IMG/VR virus record: IMGVR_UViG_3300037311_000222
Span: 5,894 to 69,893 of that record
Length of the DNA stretch: 64,000 bases
Reading direction: 5' to 3' (one strand)
From: a virus
Taxonomy: Duplodnaviria > Caudoviricetes
Under the pieces are notes generated by a model. The model had not been told where the DNA came from and made no database searches. It saw nothing but the letters and a program-made list of their open reading frames with translations. Each line of letters begins with the position of its first letter. The first letter of the stretch is position 1. Positions 53,311 through 63,260 of the stretch are shown piece by piece. The translations under genes and the position numbers were made by a program.

Positions 53311-54041
53311 ACGCTCTTAATTATCTCCTCAACTGGAAGCACTGTTTCAAGTATGTACAGAGTGTCCTCTACGCGTTTCATATAGTGAGTAGAATCAGCG
53401 TCATGATTGTAAAGGTCTATAACCTTGAGTATCTTGTTTTCAACCATTATGGGTTCGCCTGTCTTCTTATAAAACTGAGGTACACCCTTTACTGTTTTTT
53501 GTTTCATACCGTCAACCGTTTGATATAGATATACCTTATCACCTTGTTGTATTCCACTCAACACTTTTTTATTAATAGCCTCTTTTATAGCATCTTTTAC
53601 TTTAGTTTCATTAAGTCGTTCGGATTCTTCTACTTTTTCTGTATATGTTTTTTTAGTAGACCAGCGCTTGATGTTGGTAATATTTTTGGCTTCCTCTAAA
53701 TACTTTTTATATATACTAATTATTACACTGAGGTCGTTGTTGCCTAACATTTCGTTCAAAATTCCTTCATTCATCTGTTTAAGAGCGGGTTCTTTTGTTG
53801 AACTTTTAAAAGCTGAGCCTTTTACTACAATTTCTCCGTTAGCTTTTTTCATTATATAGTTTTTAGCTTTGGAAATAACAGCGCTTTCATAAACCCCATC
53901 ATGGTCAAATTTTATATGTTCAGGAAACTGCTCATTTAAAGCTTTTAAAAACAATTCTTGTTCTTCTTTAGACCAAGGCGTTTGGTCTTGTTTACACAAA
54001 AACAATGAGTCAGTGTCGCACCCAATTAATAAATGATTCAT
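53307..54041 (-). CDS. polB: family B DNA polymerase, C-terminal subunit
   Basis: Starts at motif C (IGCDTDS); KAKNYI, KGSAFK. Confidence 0.88.
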   Translation of the reverse strand: MNHLLIGCDTDSLFLCKQDQTPWSKEEQELFLKALNEQFPEHIKFDHDGVYESAVISKAKNYIMKKANGEIVVKGSAFKSSTKEPALKQMNEGILNEMLGNNDLSVIISIYKKYLEEAKNITNIKRWSTKKTYTEKVEESERLNETKVKDAIKEAINKKVLSGIQQGDKVYLYQTVDGMKQKTVKGVPQFYKKTGEPIMVENKILKVIDLYNHDADSTHYMKRVEDTLYILETVLPVEEIIKSV

Positions 54042-55687
54042 TCTTTTTCCTTAGATAGTTCGCGCCAATACGTTACATCTTTATTTGTTGCAAATTTAAT
54101 TGCTTTTTCAAGAGTTTCTCTACCAAGTCTTGTTATTTTTGCTGCATTTTCTGGAGAGTTGTATAGTAAGTACCCGCTTCCGAGGTATCCGTACAAGGAG
54201 TTTGCAAAAATCTTTTGGCTTCCTTGCAAATCGTCATAGTATTTGTTTTTAGTTTTTTTGTATAAATCTTTATTTTTTATACGTTCTGTTCTAACGTATT
54301 TTAATATTTTTAATAAGTTTTGCTTAGGGTCTTTATCTTTGTCATAAATTTCGTATTGAAGCATAATACTTGGATAAAGAGCTATCAAATCTTGTTTGAA
54401 TACGTTTTTATAAACTCCAGCCACGCCAAGGGAAATTGCTCCCTCAAACTCAACTTTCTTACTAGAACTTGCTATACTATGACCATCTTGTAGATAAGAT
54501 CTAATCATAATTGAATCAAGTTGTGAGCCTGTAGCTTCGTTAATCATCTGTTGAAATGTTTTAGGTACAGATTGATTCATGTAAAAAAAACTAGGAGCCA
54601 TAATATCAAACATTTTAATCGGGCTGTCCCCGTCTTGGCGGCAGTATTCTTTAAACTCCTGCCACAAACTATCGTTAGTTTTATAAAAAGTTTTTACTGA
54701 GTTTTTAGTAAAATCCCACTCGATGCGGCTCTCGTCAACTAACTTTAAATGTTTTTCAATAGCTTTTAGTCCGTAACTTGGGAAGTGTCTCGATATATCA
54801 TATTTAATGCTGAGAAAATAAGTGTCGCAAATTTCTCTACCAAATATTTTCATATTGTTATATTCATATTGCTGACTACCATCTTTACGGAACTTAGATT
54901 TTTGGGGTTCAACGTAAATTTCGCTGCCATCTCTACCAAGCTTTAGTGGTTTGATAGTGTTTAAATAAGGTAAATCAAATGAAAATATGTTATGACCTAA
55001 AAGAATATCAGGATTTACTTCTCTAACCCACGTTTCCCACGCATCAATCATTTGAATTTGATTAAATTTATAGTCTTGAATGTCAAATAGTCGCCGTGTA
55101 ATTATACCATTTTTGCGAAAAGTATTCGATATAAGAACAACTTCTGAACCTGGTAGTTCAGCGTTAGTCGTGGTAGTTTCAATGTCAAAAGATAATAGGG
55201 ACGCATCTTCGGTTTTCATACCTTTGAAGTATGTAAACCCATTGCACATCATAAATCCTTCTTCAACAGAGCGTGGAGTGAATATCTCGTAAGGTTTGTT
55301 ATCTAAAAAATCAGTGACATAAAAATCATAGTCATATTCTTTAATGAACTTATAATGCTGCTCACCCTCTAGACGTTTAGCATTAGTAGCTTCGTAGGGT
55401 CCTAATGCCCAAGGTTTATATGGAATAACTTTACTTGTGCCGTCTTTAAAAAATACGTTAGCACCGTTTTGATTAATCGTTACATTGACAATATACTCAG
55501 TGCTATCTTTACCGAAAATTAAAGAATCGTAAACGTTTTTAAGATTTTTTCTTTTTTTAAGTTCGGACTTTACCGCTTCAATTAAGTCGGGTTTATCGTT
55601 AATAGTCTTAATCATCCAATTGAGATAATCTGAGGGAACTTCAGGTAAAAGTTTATTAGCGTGTTTACCGAAAGGTATTACTTGCAT
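54038..55687 (-). CDS. polB: family B DNA polymerase, N-terminal subunit with small N-terminal PFGKH domain
   Basis: ExoI FDIET, ExoII GHNIFSFD, ExoIII YCRQD, motif A DLIALYPS, motif B KIFANSLYG; N-terminal IPFGKH...VPSDYLNW. Confidence 0.9.
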   Translation of the reverse strand: MQVIPFGKHANKLLPEVPSDYLNWMIKTINDKPDLIEAVKSELKKRKNLKNVYDSLIFGKDSTEYIVNVTINQNGANVFFKDGTSKVIPYKPWALGPYEATNAKRLEGEQHYKFIKEYDYDFYVTDFLDNKPYEIFTPRSVEEGFMMCNGFTYFKGMKTEDASLLSFDIETTTTNAELPGSEVVLISNTFRKNGIITRRLFDIQDYKFNQIQMIDAWETWVREVNPDILLGHNIFSFDLPYLNTIKPLKLGRDGSEIYVEPQKSKFRKDGSQQYEYNNMKIFGREICDTYFLSIKYDISRHFPSYGLKAIEKHLKLVDESRIEWDFTKNSVKTFYKTNDSLWQEFKEYCRQDGDSPIKMFDIMAPSFFYMNQSVPKTFQQMINEATGSQLDSIMIRSYLQDGHSIASSSKKVEFEGAISLGVAGVYKNVFKQDLIALYPSIMLQYEIYDKDKDPKQNLLKILKYVRTERIKNKDLYKKTKNKYYDDLQGSQKIFANSLYGYLGSGYLLYNSPENAAKITRLGRETLEKAIKFATNKDVTYWRELSKEKE

Positions 55688-57673
55688 TTACCAGTCTTCC
55701 TTTTTTTGTGCTTGTTTTTCTTCTTTAACTCTTTGTCTTAGTTCTTCTAAATGATCACGCTCAGGTTGAGTAAGCTCATTAAACTGACCTTTTAATCCGT
55801 CAAAACCGTAATCAAGAGTAAGCAGTTCGCCCATATTGTTTTTTACAATTGCAATAGTTGAATACTTATCGTCACTTGGGTTTTTAGGGTTAAAGCCTGG
55901 TCGCCACAATGTAAGAATAATTCTACAGTCTTGTTCAATCACCGAGGCACCTTTGACGTTTCTCATTGACAATAATTCTTCTGACGGGTCTCCTGCAGAT
56001 TTTTGCGGTTGTAAGATTAAAATAATACAAACATCGTATGTGCTTGCTAAATCAGAAAGTCTACTTGCAACAAAGCCGGAGTTTGCGGTGGGGTCGCTAT
56101 AAGGGCCTCTTACTTTTTCTAAATAATCAACAACGACAAGTTTCAGTTCTTCTCCATATAATTGTTTATTAATTTTAATATCTTCTTCAATGCTTTCAAT
56201 TGTAGCGCCACGAGTAAAATTAAACTTAGCGTTTTTATAAACTTCTGATACTTTTTTAATTCCTTCTAAAATAGGTTTATCTTGGCGAATATTATATTCA
56301 ACGTCAAAGTTTTTATCGCTTTTAATCATTTTACGAAGTTTATTAGAAACATTTACACCTGTTTGCCGCTGAATTAGGCGCTGAAACAAAAGATTATCAT
56401 GCATATCTAAAGATAAAAACAACGCTCGTTGACCTTGTTCTAATGTAGTTTCGAGTATTTTAGTTGCAGCGGCGGTCTTTCCGCTCGATGGCGCTCCAAG
56501 TAAACCTACCATCATCCCCGTTGTTACTAGTAGGTTATCATCCAAACTTCTAATGCCAGTCTTAACAATATTTTGATTAATATTTTCAGCGAAATGTAGA
56601 AATCGTTCGCTAACATTATCAATAGATGTGAGATTGGTTTTTTCTTTAATATGATGTTCTTTAACAATTAATTGCAGTAAATCGTTTTCTTTTTCAGAAT
56701 ACATTCCGCCGCGCCAAGCTGGAGAATACACGGTGTTTACTATTTGTATCCAAATCTCATCGTTACTTTTTTTAGGAAGCCCGTAAAGTTCTGAACGTTT
56801 TTCGTTAACACCCTTTAACATATGATAGGCATCTGTTTTATCAAACCCAGCGTTGCGATAGGTTGAACAAAGTATCATCATTCCTTCGTTACCCCAGCCT
56901 TTAGGAATGTATCCTTTATGTAAAACAAACTTAGCATCGGTAAGATAAAAAGGTTTTTTAGTAAAGTCGATAGAAGCCTCTACAATTTCTACCTGTTTTT
57001 TAGTTATTTCTGCTTCGTTTTTTAACGATAACACCGTTTGTGGTAATTTTTGTATGCCTGTTTTTACTTCAATAGACTTAGGTTTATTTAACGCTTGTTT
57101 TTTAATAAAATCAGTCGAATAATTTTTAAGCCACCCAATTGAAACGGGTGTTTTGTACAAGCCAGTTTCTTGATGTTTTGTGAAGTTAAGCCTAAAGATT
57201 CGTGAAGGATTGTAAACTTTACTGTCAACCGTCACTCCTGCCTCTTTAGCAAGTCTTAAAGCGATTGTTTTGTGCTCCCCCGGAGTAAGCATAGTGTCAT
57301 GCTTTACAACAAGAGAGAAGCCTTTGTTGCCCGAAAAAGAAATGAGAATGTTTTTGCTATCAATACCCCTTTCGATAAGCTTTTCGTAAACTCTAACAGT
57401 ATCTTCTTTTGCTTGCTGGAGATTGGATTCATTATCGATATCAAAAACAAGATGATTAGTTTTAACATCTTCAATGCCTGAAACTCCTCGTGGTCGCTGT
57501 CTGCCATCTTTTTCGATAATTTCTTCTGCTAATTTTTTCTGATCTTCGTTGTAGGAATAAATAGAGAGGTAGTGATCTTTATCGTCAGTAATATAATTGT
57601 AAGGGTTTTCGTTTTCGCTGATAAGTTTTCCAATTGAATTAAGTCCTGAAGTAATTCTGTAATAATTTGACAT
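55688..57673 (-). CDS. AEP-type primase fused to SF4 (DnaB-like) helicase
   Basis: LVFDID, SFSGNKGF, RIFRL (primase); GAPSSGKT, VVVDYL, QKS, IEQD (helicase). Confidence 0.88.
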   Translation of the reverse strand: MSNYYRITSGLNSIGKLISENENPYNYITDDKDHYLSIYSYNEDQKKLAEEIIEKDGRQRPRGVSGIEDVKTNHLVFDIDNESNLQQAKEDTVRVYEKLIERGIDSKNILISFSGNKGFSLVVKHDTMLTPGEHKTIALRLAKEAGVTVDSKVYNPSRIFRLNFTKHQETGLYKTPVSIGWLKNYSTDFIKKQALNKPKSIEVKTGIQKLPQTVLSLKNEAEITKKQVEIVEASIDFTKKPFYLTDAKFVLHKGYIPKGWGNEGMMILCSTYRNAGFDKTDAYHMLKGVNEKRSELYGLPKKSNDEIWIQIVNTVYSPAWRGGMYSEKENDLLQLIVKEHHIKEKTNLTSIDNVSERFLHFAENINQNIVKTGIRSLDDNLLVTTGMMVGLLGAPSSGKTAAATKILETTLEQGQRALFLSLDMHDNLLFQRLIQRQTGVNVSNKLRKMIKSDKNFDVEYNIRQDKPILEGIKKVSEVYKNAKFNFTRGATIESIEEDIKINKQLYGEELKLVVVDYLEKVRGPYSDPTANSGFVASRLSDLASTYDVCIILILQPQKSAGDPSEELLSMRNVKGASVIEQDCRIILTLWRPGFNPKNPSDDKYSTIAIVKNNMGELLTLDYGFDGLKGQFNELTQPERDHLEELRQRVKEEKQAQKKEDW

Positions 57674-57690
57674 AATTCTCCTTTTGTAAA

Positions 57691-57719
57691 ACTATAGCAC
57701 TGTTTATACACTAACGCAA
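57691..57719 (-). promoter_or_regulatory. sigma70-type promoter for replication operon
   Basis: TTGCGT-17 nt-TATAGT; SD AAGGAG downstream. Confidence 0.65.
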
Positions 57720-57722
57720 GGT

Positions 57723-57753
57723 AAAAAAAAAAAAGCCCACTTAAGTGTGGGCT
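57723..57753 (-). terminator. rho-independent terminator
   Basis: Minus strand AGCCCAC-ACTTAA-GTGGGCT followed by a run of about 12 T. Confidence 0.8.
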
Positions 57754-57792
57754 AAAAACGCTTGGTGTACTTGAATCGTAGTTTGGGGAAAA

Positions 57793-58314
57793 CTACGTTT
57801 TAGGAGGAACTAAATCAAGTTCATAACGAATGGAGGCTTCTGCGTTTTTTGCAGCTTCGCGTCGCTTTTCAATATCTTGCTCTTTTACAAAGCCTAAGTC
57901 AATAAGTTTTTCTGCTTTTTCTGAAGGTTTTACTAAATTTGCGTATTTTTTATCACGCATCTTAAATGTGCTTCCTTTTACTTTAATATCTACGCTATTC
58001 TCAAATTGGAACGTAGTTCCAGTAGAAAGCAACAACACTTTACCGATTGTCCGGTCTCCGACTTTAGCTTCAAATTTAACCTTATCGCTTTCTGTTTCTT
58101 TTGGTTTGTAAAGATTGGCAATAACAGCCTTGCCATCTTGTTTAAGACTGCTACCATTAATAACAACATCAACGTCGTCATTAAAAGCTAAAAAATCACC
58201 TTTATTGTCTTTACGTTTTACAATACGACCGACCCCGGCATATCCAGATTTTGTAATATATGTTTCTCTAGTTTTGTTCATTAGTTTCTCCTTTTTTATT
58301 TTTTTCAATTTCAT
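57793..58314 (-). CDS. beta-rich protein with internal duplication; SSB-like candidate
   Basis: Two similar halves (F.F.DDVDV.ING...ANLYKP and F.FENSVDI.VKG...ANLVKP); near erf. Confidence 0.55.
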   Translation of the reverse strand: MKLKKIKKEKLMNKTRETYITKSGYAGVGRIVKRKDNKGDFLAFNDDVDVVINGSSLKQDGKAVIANLYKPKETESDKVKFEAKVGDRTIGKVLLLSTGTTFQFENSVDIKVKGSTFKMRDKKYANLVKPSEKAEKLIDLGFVKEQDIEKRREAAKNAEASIRYELDLVPPKT

Positions 58315-58567
58315 TTGCTACATATTCTACTACTTTATTTTTATAATAAAGCATGTCTTTAAAAAAAGCGTAAAGAGCTTTTTCTTCTTTATGAACAAGA
58401 TCGACTTCTTCTAAAGGTTCAAACACAAGCTTACGAATTGTTCTTAATGCTTTTTTTTGGCTAATGTCTTGAGTAATTTTATTAAAATTTTTAAAACCAT
58501 GCGCAAGCATAGCGCTAGCTTTTTCATACTCAGTTAATTTGCTTTTATTGTCGTCACTCATTACCAT
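58268..58567 (-). CDS. hypothetical protein
   Basis: Coupled ORF. Confidence 0.65.
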   Translation of the reverse strand: MVMSDDNKSKLTEYEKASAMLAHGFKNFNKITQDISQKKALRTIRKLVFEPLEEVDLVHKEEKALYAFFKDMLYYKNKVVEYVANEIEKNKKGETNEQN

Positions 58568-59019
58568 TCCTCACTGTTGCCGGTAGAAGCAGGTTTACGA
58601 AAACTAGATTTTTTGTCTGGTGCATAAGAGGCGGGCTTTGTTTGTTTATCTGTAATATCATTACCGTCTTGATCTTCTGATTTCATTGCAAATGTAGCGT
58701 TAATTAAAAACCTACGAAAGTATGTAACGGATGCTCCGATTTTTTGAGCATCTGTAAGATTTTGAGGAATAAGAATACTTGACTCTAAACTTTCTCCGCT
58801 ATCCACATGAACAACTAAGGTTCTTACTGCAGTTGTTCCGTCTTGAGCAATTGGAGGTTGTAGCAATAACAATCCGTGTTTTTCAAGCAAAGGTTCGATC
58901 ATATCTAAGTGTGCTTCTAAATTTGCGTATTTACTTTTAAAGTACGGGTTGTCCGATGTTTTTTTAATGGCAACCATTTCTTTTTTAACTTTACTCAACG
59001 CTTGATATAAATTTTGCAT
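58561..59019 (-). CDS. erf: ERF-family single-strand annealing protein
   Basis: NPYFKSKYA.L, LVVHVDSGE, AQKIGASVTYFRR, DQDGN. Confidence 0.9.
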   Translation of the reverse strand: MQNLYQALSKVKKEMVAIKKTSDNPYFKSKYANLEAHLDMIEPLLEKHGLLLLQPPIAQDGTTAVRTLVVHVDSGESLESSILIPQNLTDAQKIGASVTYFRRFLINATFAMKSEDQDGNDITDKQTKPASYAPDKKSSFRKPASTGNSEEW

Positions 59020-59180
59020 TTTTTTCCTTTTAATTTAAACAGTGTTTGAATGTTAGCGCTAATCGTGCCTACAAGGTAAGCCAACGCGATTGCTAACTTT
59101 AAGTTTGTTACTGAAGATAAAATTAAAAGCAATGCCGAGATAGTTGCGGCAAAAATTAACAGCTTAGTCGATGAATTCAC
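58995..59180 (-). CDS. small two-TM membrane protein
   Basis: Two hydrophobic helices. Confidence 0.55.
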   Translation of the reverse strand: MNSSTKLLIFAATISALLLILSSVTNLKLAIALAYLVGTISANIQTLFKLKGKKCKIYIKR

Positions 59181-59509
59181 TTGCGTTCCCTTCGTAGATA
59201 AAGCATTTCGATGGCTTTCTTATGTTCATTATTCAATAAATATGTTTTTCTGTCAACATTTTTAATTACTTTTTCGACTTTAGACTGTTCAGTTTTTGGG
59301 TTATATTTAATAATAACAAGCGAATAAATTCGTTTATTAAGACCGTTTTCATCTAATGAAATATCTTCAACTAAATCATATGTAAATGTATTTAATTCTA
59401 CCTTTTGTTTAATTTCTTCTTTAAACTCTTCCATTGTTTGTACAGGAGTATCTTTTTGTTCTTCTGTTTTTTTGTTTTCTAGCACTTTTTTAAGATTTGA
59501 TTTAAACAT
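59177..59509 (-). CDS. hypothetical protein
   Basis: ATGA-coupled. Confidence 0.65.
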   Translation of the reverse strand: MFKSNLKKVLENKKTEEQKDTPVQTMEEFKEEIKQKVELNTFTYDLVEDISLDENGLNKRIYSLVIIKYNPKTEQSKVEKVIKNVDRKTYLLNNEHKKAIEMLYLRRERK

Positions 59510-60392
59510 GTTTATCCTTTTTTAGTTCTACAAGTCCGGTTAAATCGCTTCCGTTTGATTTTACATAAGTTTCACAAGTGCAGTTTCCGAAATGATTATT
59601 GCAATTAGGATTATTACTTTTAAAATTTCCCATTTTAATATTATGCAGTACATTATCAAATTCGTCAAACGTTTTCTTTTTCATTTCTTCGTTTATTTTA
59701 CCTGATATAATCTCAATGCGAACTCGAGGGTCTTTTTTTCTTACTTTTTTATCAACTACAACATACGCTACCCCGGTAGTTCCGTATTTATCGCTCAATG
59801 CTTCGTCATAAGTAGCTAACTGCTGAGATTTAGTGTAAATTACGTTTCTGTCGTATTTAACACTAGTTGTTTTATTATCACAAATTAATTTATTTCCGTC
59901 CTTAAATCGAGCTACAAAATCCACAAGTCCTGTTATTAGGTCACCGTTTTGATTTGGTAACTCAATCCGTTCCTGCACTGACAATACTTTGTCTATTTGC
60001 GGTAAGATTTCTTTAGCATAAGTGTCTATAAACATCATTCCTTTGTTTAAAAGAGACTCCCAAGCTTTTACGTTGTCGGGTTGTTTAAGCATGTTTTCAG
60101 TCAACAACGACTCATCTAAATCAGCTTTACTAAATCTAATCAAATCTGTGTGTTTAAAAGATACTTCTTCGTTATTAATTTTACCAAAAGACCACGTTTT
60201 TTCAAACGCGTCTTGAGCTTCACGAACGCTATAGGTTAAAAGTAGCGTGTTTAGCCCGGTATCAATTGCATTACCAAAAAGTAATGCAGAGCTTGTAGTT
60301 TTAGAACGAAGGTACAAAAAATAGTGCATATAATAAGCAAGGGGACATCTAAGATACAATTCTTTGGCTGAATGTGATAGTTTTATTCCCAT
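59502..60392 (-). CDS. PD-(D/E)XK nuclease (RecB/Cas4-like exonuclease)
   Basis: LSHS...CP, GLVD, ICDNKT, QLATY, C-terminal Cys cluster. Confidence 0.85.
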   Translation of the reverse strand: MGIKLSHSAKELYLRCPLAYYMHYFLYLRSKTTSSALLFGNAIDTGLNTLLLTYSVREAQDAFEKTWSFGKINNEEVSFKHTDLIRFSKADLDESLLTENMLKQPDNVKAWESLLNKGMMFIDTYAKEILPQIDKVLSVQERIELPNQNGDLITGLVDFVARFKDGNKLICDNKTTSVKYDRNVIYTKSQQLATYDEALSDKYGTTGVAYVVVDKKVRKKDPRVRIEIISGKINEEMKKKTFDEFDNVLHNIKMGNFKSNNPNCNNHFGNCTCETYVKSNGSDLTGLVELKKDKHV

Positions 60393-60628
60393 TAACCTTT
60401 TGTCCTGTAGTTTAATTCTATTTTTATATCTTTTTTATCAAGTAAGTCAACAACCGCTTCTAACCATACGTAAGCAGTATTGTTATCTTCGTATCCCAGT
60501 GGCGCTGACTTATCTCTAAACATAACTAAAGCGGTATCCTTTAGTTTAATTAAATCATTACTATTCAGTTGTATTTTCTTTTTTAACGAGCCCATAATCT
60601 CGGTTCCTCTCTTCTGTTTTAAACACAC
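60392..60628 (-). CDS. hypothetical protein (start probably MGSLKK)
   Basis: Coupled ORF. Confidence 0.55.
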   Translation of the reverse strand: MCLKQKRGTEIMGSLKKKIQLNSNDLIKLKDTALVMFRDKSAPLGYEDNNTAYVWLEAVVDLLDKKDIKIELNYRTKG

Positions 60629-60857
60629 ACCCGTGACGCATTAAAGCCCGCTTTACGTGTCTTTTAAGTACATGAAGGTTAGTGATGTCGTCTCCACCTT
60701 TATGTATTACGTTTCCCTCTAAGTCTTGTATTTCGAAATACATCTCTTCAGTATTTAAAACGACCAAGTGATGTTTACCATTAATCACAAATCTCTGTTT
60801 TGAAACACCAACTCCTGGTAATTCGTCGCTATACTCATATCTGATTCTTGACTGCAT
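60561..60857 (-). CDS. hypothetical protein
   Basis: SD AAGGAG and promoter upstream. Confidence 0.7.
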   Translation of the reverse strand: MQSRIRYEYSDELPGVGVSKQRFVINGKHHLVVLNTEEMYFEIQDLEGNVIHKGGDDITNLHVLKRHVKRALMRHGCVFKTEERNRDYGLVKKENTTE

Positions 60858-60884
60858 ATTAACTCCTTAGCTGTTAATATACCC

Positions 60885-60913
60885 ACTATACTATAATAAT
60901 ACAGTAGTGTCAA
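60885..60913 (-). promoter_or_regulatory. sigma70-type promoter
   Basis: TTGACA-17 nt-TATAGT. Confidence 0.75.
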
Positions 60914-60917
60914 GTTT

Positions 60918-61120
60918 TTAAACATCAGACAAACATATTAATGTATTTTCTAAATTATTGAAATGATAAACAAAAATACCCTCAAATTTAAAATAAACAA
61001 CAAGTTCTCGTATTGTCATATAAAACATAAATAATGCAAATTTTTTGTTTTATCTAAATTGATATAAGTGACGTTTTCTAGGCTATCGTAAAATAAAAAA
61101 GAAAGTTTTGTTATCGTCAT
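60918..61120 (-). other. two coupled micro-ORFs: 61016..61120 (34 aa, MTITKLSF...) and 60918..61019 (33 aa, MTIRELVV...)
   Basis: Manual translation; ATGA overlaps with 61117..62217 and with each other. Confidence 0.5.
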
Positions 61121-62217
61121 CGAATATTTATCACTTTACCGAAACTTGCCGGGTTTTGACAACCTTCAGGTAACACCCATAACACTGGTATTCCGGGATT
61201 TTTCGGTTCATCTGCGCAGTCCCCATCTCCCATATAAATAATAACATCACATTTGAGTTCTTTGCATTTTTTAAGAGCAGGATTATACGCTGTTCCGCCC
61301 ATACCAGTGCGTTCTAGCTTTACTTTTTGTTTTCCTGAATATTCGATAATTTTATGTATTTCATAGTCTACATCGATAAAATACCCTTTACCTACGTTTT
61401 TAATAATTCTTTGTAATTCTTCTATAAATTTGGTAAACAACTCGTCACCAACGCTACCGCTGCTATCAACAGGTACACCAACTATAATTTTTCTTTTTTT
61501 CTTTATTCCTGGTTGTTCAATTCCGAATCTTCTATTTGGTTTTTTTCTAGTTGATTTACGTTCAGTGAAAACGTTTTTTGCTACGAAATTTCTAACAATT
61601 CGCTCCCAAGGTAAGCACGATGGTTGTAATAAATCTTTAAGTAATCGCTGAACCGCTTGAGGTAAACTTCCTGCGTTTGATTTTTTAATAGCGTCCATAA
61701 GTCGTTCTTTTAAAACCGCCTCAACTTCGTTTAAATTTTGAGTTTGACCCTCGCTATCGTGCTCGTCAAAAGTTTTCATGTTTTTAGGTATTTTGTTTTG
61801 GTTTTCTGTGAGTAAATTGTAATAATAATTACTGTCTTTAAACCTTTCTACTGGCTTTCCAATTATTTTTTCTAAACCTTCGGGGGTACACCCGGTTTTT
61901 GGTATTTCTTCAATATATTGATTAATACAAATATCCATGGCAATATTGTTTCTTTTTACATTCTTTAATTTATCACTAAAAGGAACGTGTTTAAACAGTA
62001 CATGTAAACATTCGTGTTTAATTAAACCCTTTAATTCTTTTGTAGTAAGACTGTTTATAAACTTAGAGTTGAACATAAATGTTAACGTAAAATTTTTAAT
62101 ACCGACACAAGCCGTAGGTACTCTATCTGACCAAACTACTTTAGCACCAAGTAAAAAATCTGCGTAAAATCTTTCAGTTTTTAACAATTGATAAATAGCT
62201 TCCGTAAATTTATTCAT
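61117..62217 (-). CDS. metallopeptidase-VWA domain protein (DUF2201-like)
   Basis: HECLH, NIAMDICINQ, MIDAS VDSSGSV, GGT, GDG. Confidence 0.85.
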   Translation of the reverse strand: MNKFTEAIYQLLKTERFYADFLLGAKVVWSDRVPTACVGIKNFTLTFMFNSKFINSLTTKELKGLIKHECLHVLFKHVPFSDKLKNVKRNNIAMDICINQYIEEIPKTGCTPEGLEKIIGKPVERFKDSNYYYNLLTENQNKIPKNMKTFDEHDSEGQTQNLNEVEAVLKERLMDAIKKSNAGSLPQAVQRLLKDLLQPSCLPWERIVRNFVAKNVFTERKSTRKKPNRRFGIEQPGIKKKRKIIVGVPVDSSGSVGDELFTKFIEELQRIIKNVGKGYFIDVDYEIHKIIEYSGKQKVKLERTGMGGTAYNPALKKCKELKCDVIIYMGDGDCADEPKNPGIPVLWVLPEGCQNPASFGKVINIR

Positions 62218-63259
62218 TTTCTTCCAATTTTTTAGTAATTTTATTAACTAAAACGTCATCATTTAAAATAATATACCCGTATGGAATAAAACTTTCTTCA
62301 AGTCTTTTACAAAAACTCATGCACATTTCTACCGGAATATCGCTAAGGTATTCAATTAAATTGCTTCTAATGATTTTGTTGTTTAAGTCTACTTTGTTTT
62401 CTTGAAGTCTAATGTAAATTTCTTCAGTTGTTTTGTTTAGAACATCTAATCTTGCCTCTTTATTATTAGAAAGTTTTAAGATTTGTTGACGGCACTGCTT
62501 GTAATTGTTTAAAACTAAAAGTCCTGACACAGGCTTTTCTGGTTTATTTAAGTACATCATATACGCCGATGCTGCCACTCGACCAATTGCGCCGCTATAA
62601 AGCTCTAAGCGGCAATCGTTTATATCTTCGTTGTCGAGTTTTGCTATCATGTTTAAGTATGATCTTCGGCTTGGTAGTACATGAGCTAAGCCATCTTCTT
62701 TTGATTTAATTTCTAAGTTTGCCGCGTTTTCTTTGATAAATCCTGACACATTTACTGCGCCAACATCTTCTGCATATGTTAAAAACTCTTCCACTGAAGG
62801 TTTTAAATCTATATGGATAAATCTATCATTAAACGCCACATCGCTCGTGTCAGTTACGTTAAAGTCGCCTGCTTGATAATTACCTGCGGCTACAAATGTC
62901 CAGCCATCAGGAATTTTATGCGTGTGAATAGCGCGTTCAGTAAACAAAGAAAACAGCGCTTGTAACACTTCAGGATTGGCTCGGTTAAGTTCATCTAAAA
63001 AAACAATACCTTCGCCCGACTCTGGCATCCACTCAGGTCTAGCGTGTTTTACTCTGCCGTCTGTTGTGTGGTGAAGTAACCCTACTAAATCACCTACGTC
63101 TTGTGTAGCAGCGTGAAGGTGAACAAAGTTCAAATTAAGTTCTTTACAAATTTGTTTAATGCTTGCCGTTTTACCTACCCCTTGATTGCCCCAAAGAAAG
63201 GGGGTAATGTTGTGTTTTCTTAAAATTGGTAATACTTTTTTAAAAGTTTTAATTTCCAT
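62210..63259 (-). CDS. MoxR-like AAA+ ATPase
   Basis: Walker A GNQGVGKT, Walker B FLDELNRA, AAGN, DRF, SRRS. Confidence 0.88.
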   Translation of the reverse strand: MEIKTFKKVLPILRKHNITPFLWGNQGVGKTASIKQICKELNLNFVHLHAATQDVGDLVGLLHHTTDGRVKHARPEWMPESGEGIVFLDELNRANPEVLQALFSLFTERAIHTHKIPDGWTFVAAGNYQAGDFNVTDTSDVAFNDRFIHIDLKPSVEEFLTYAEDVGAVNVSGFIKENAANLEIKSKEDGLAHVLPSRRSYLNMIAKLDNEDINDCRLELYSGAIGRVAASAYMMYLNKPEKPVSGLLVLNNYKQCRQQILKLSNNKEARLDVLNKTTEEIYIRLQENKVDLNNKIIRSNLIEYLSDIPVEMCMSFCKRLEESFIPYGYIILNDDVLVNKITKKLEENE

Positions 63260-63260
63260 T

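Noticed and set aside
54030-54055. Programmed -1 frameshift joining the two polB genes
   Set aside because: GGAAAAAGAATGA is not a canonical X XXY YYZ site and no stimulator was seen; the ATGA overlap is explained by translational coupling
47280-55687. Z-genome or 7-deazaguanine DNA modification system
   Set aside because: No purZ, datZ, folE, queC/D/E or dpdA recognised; only a DUF5664-like gene
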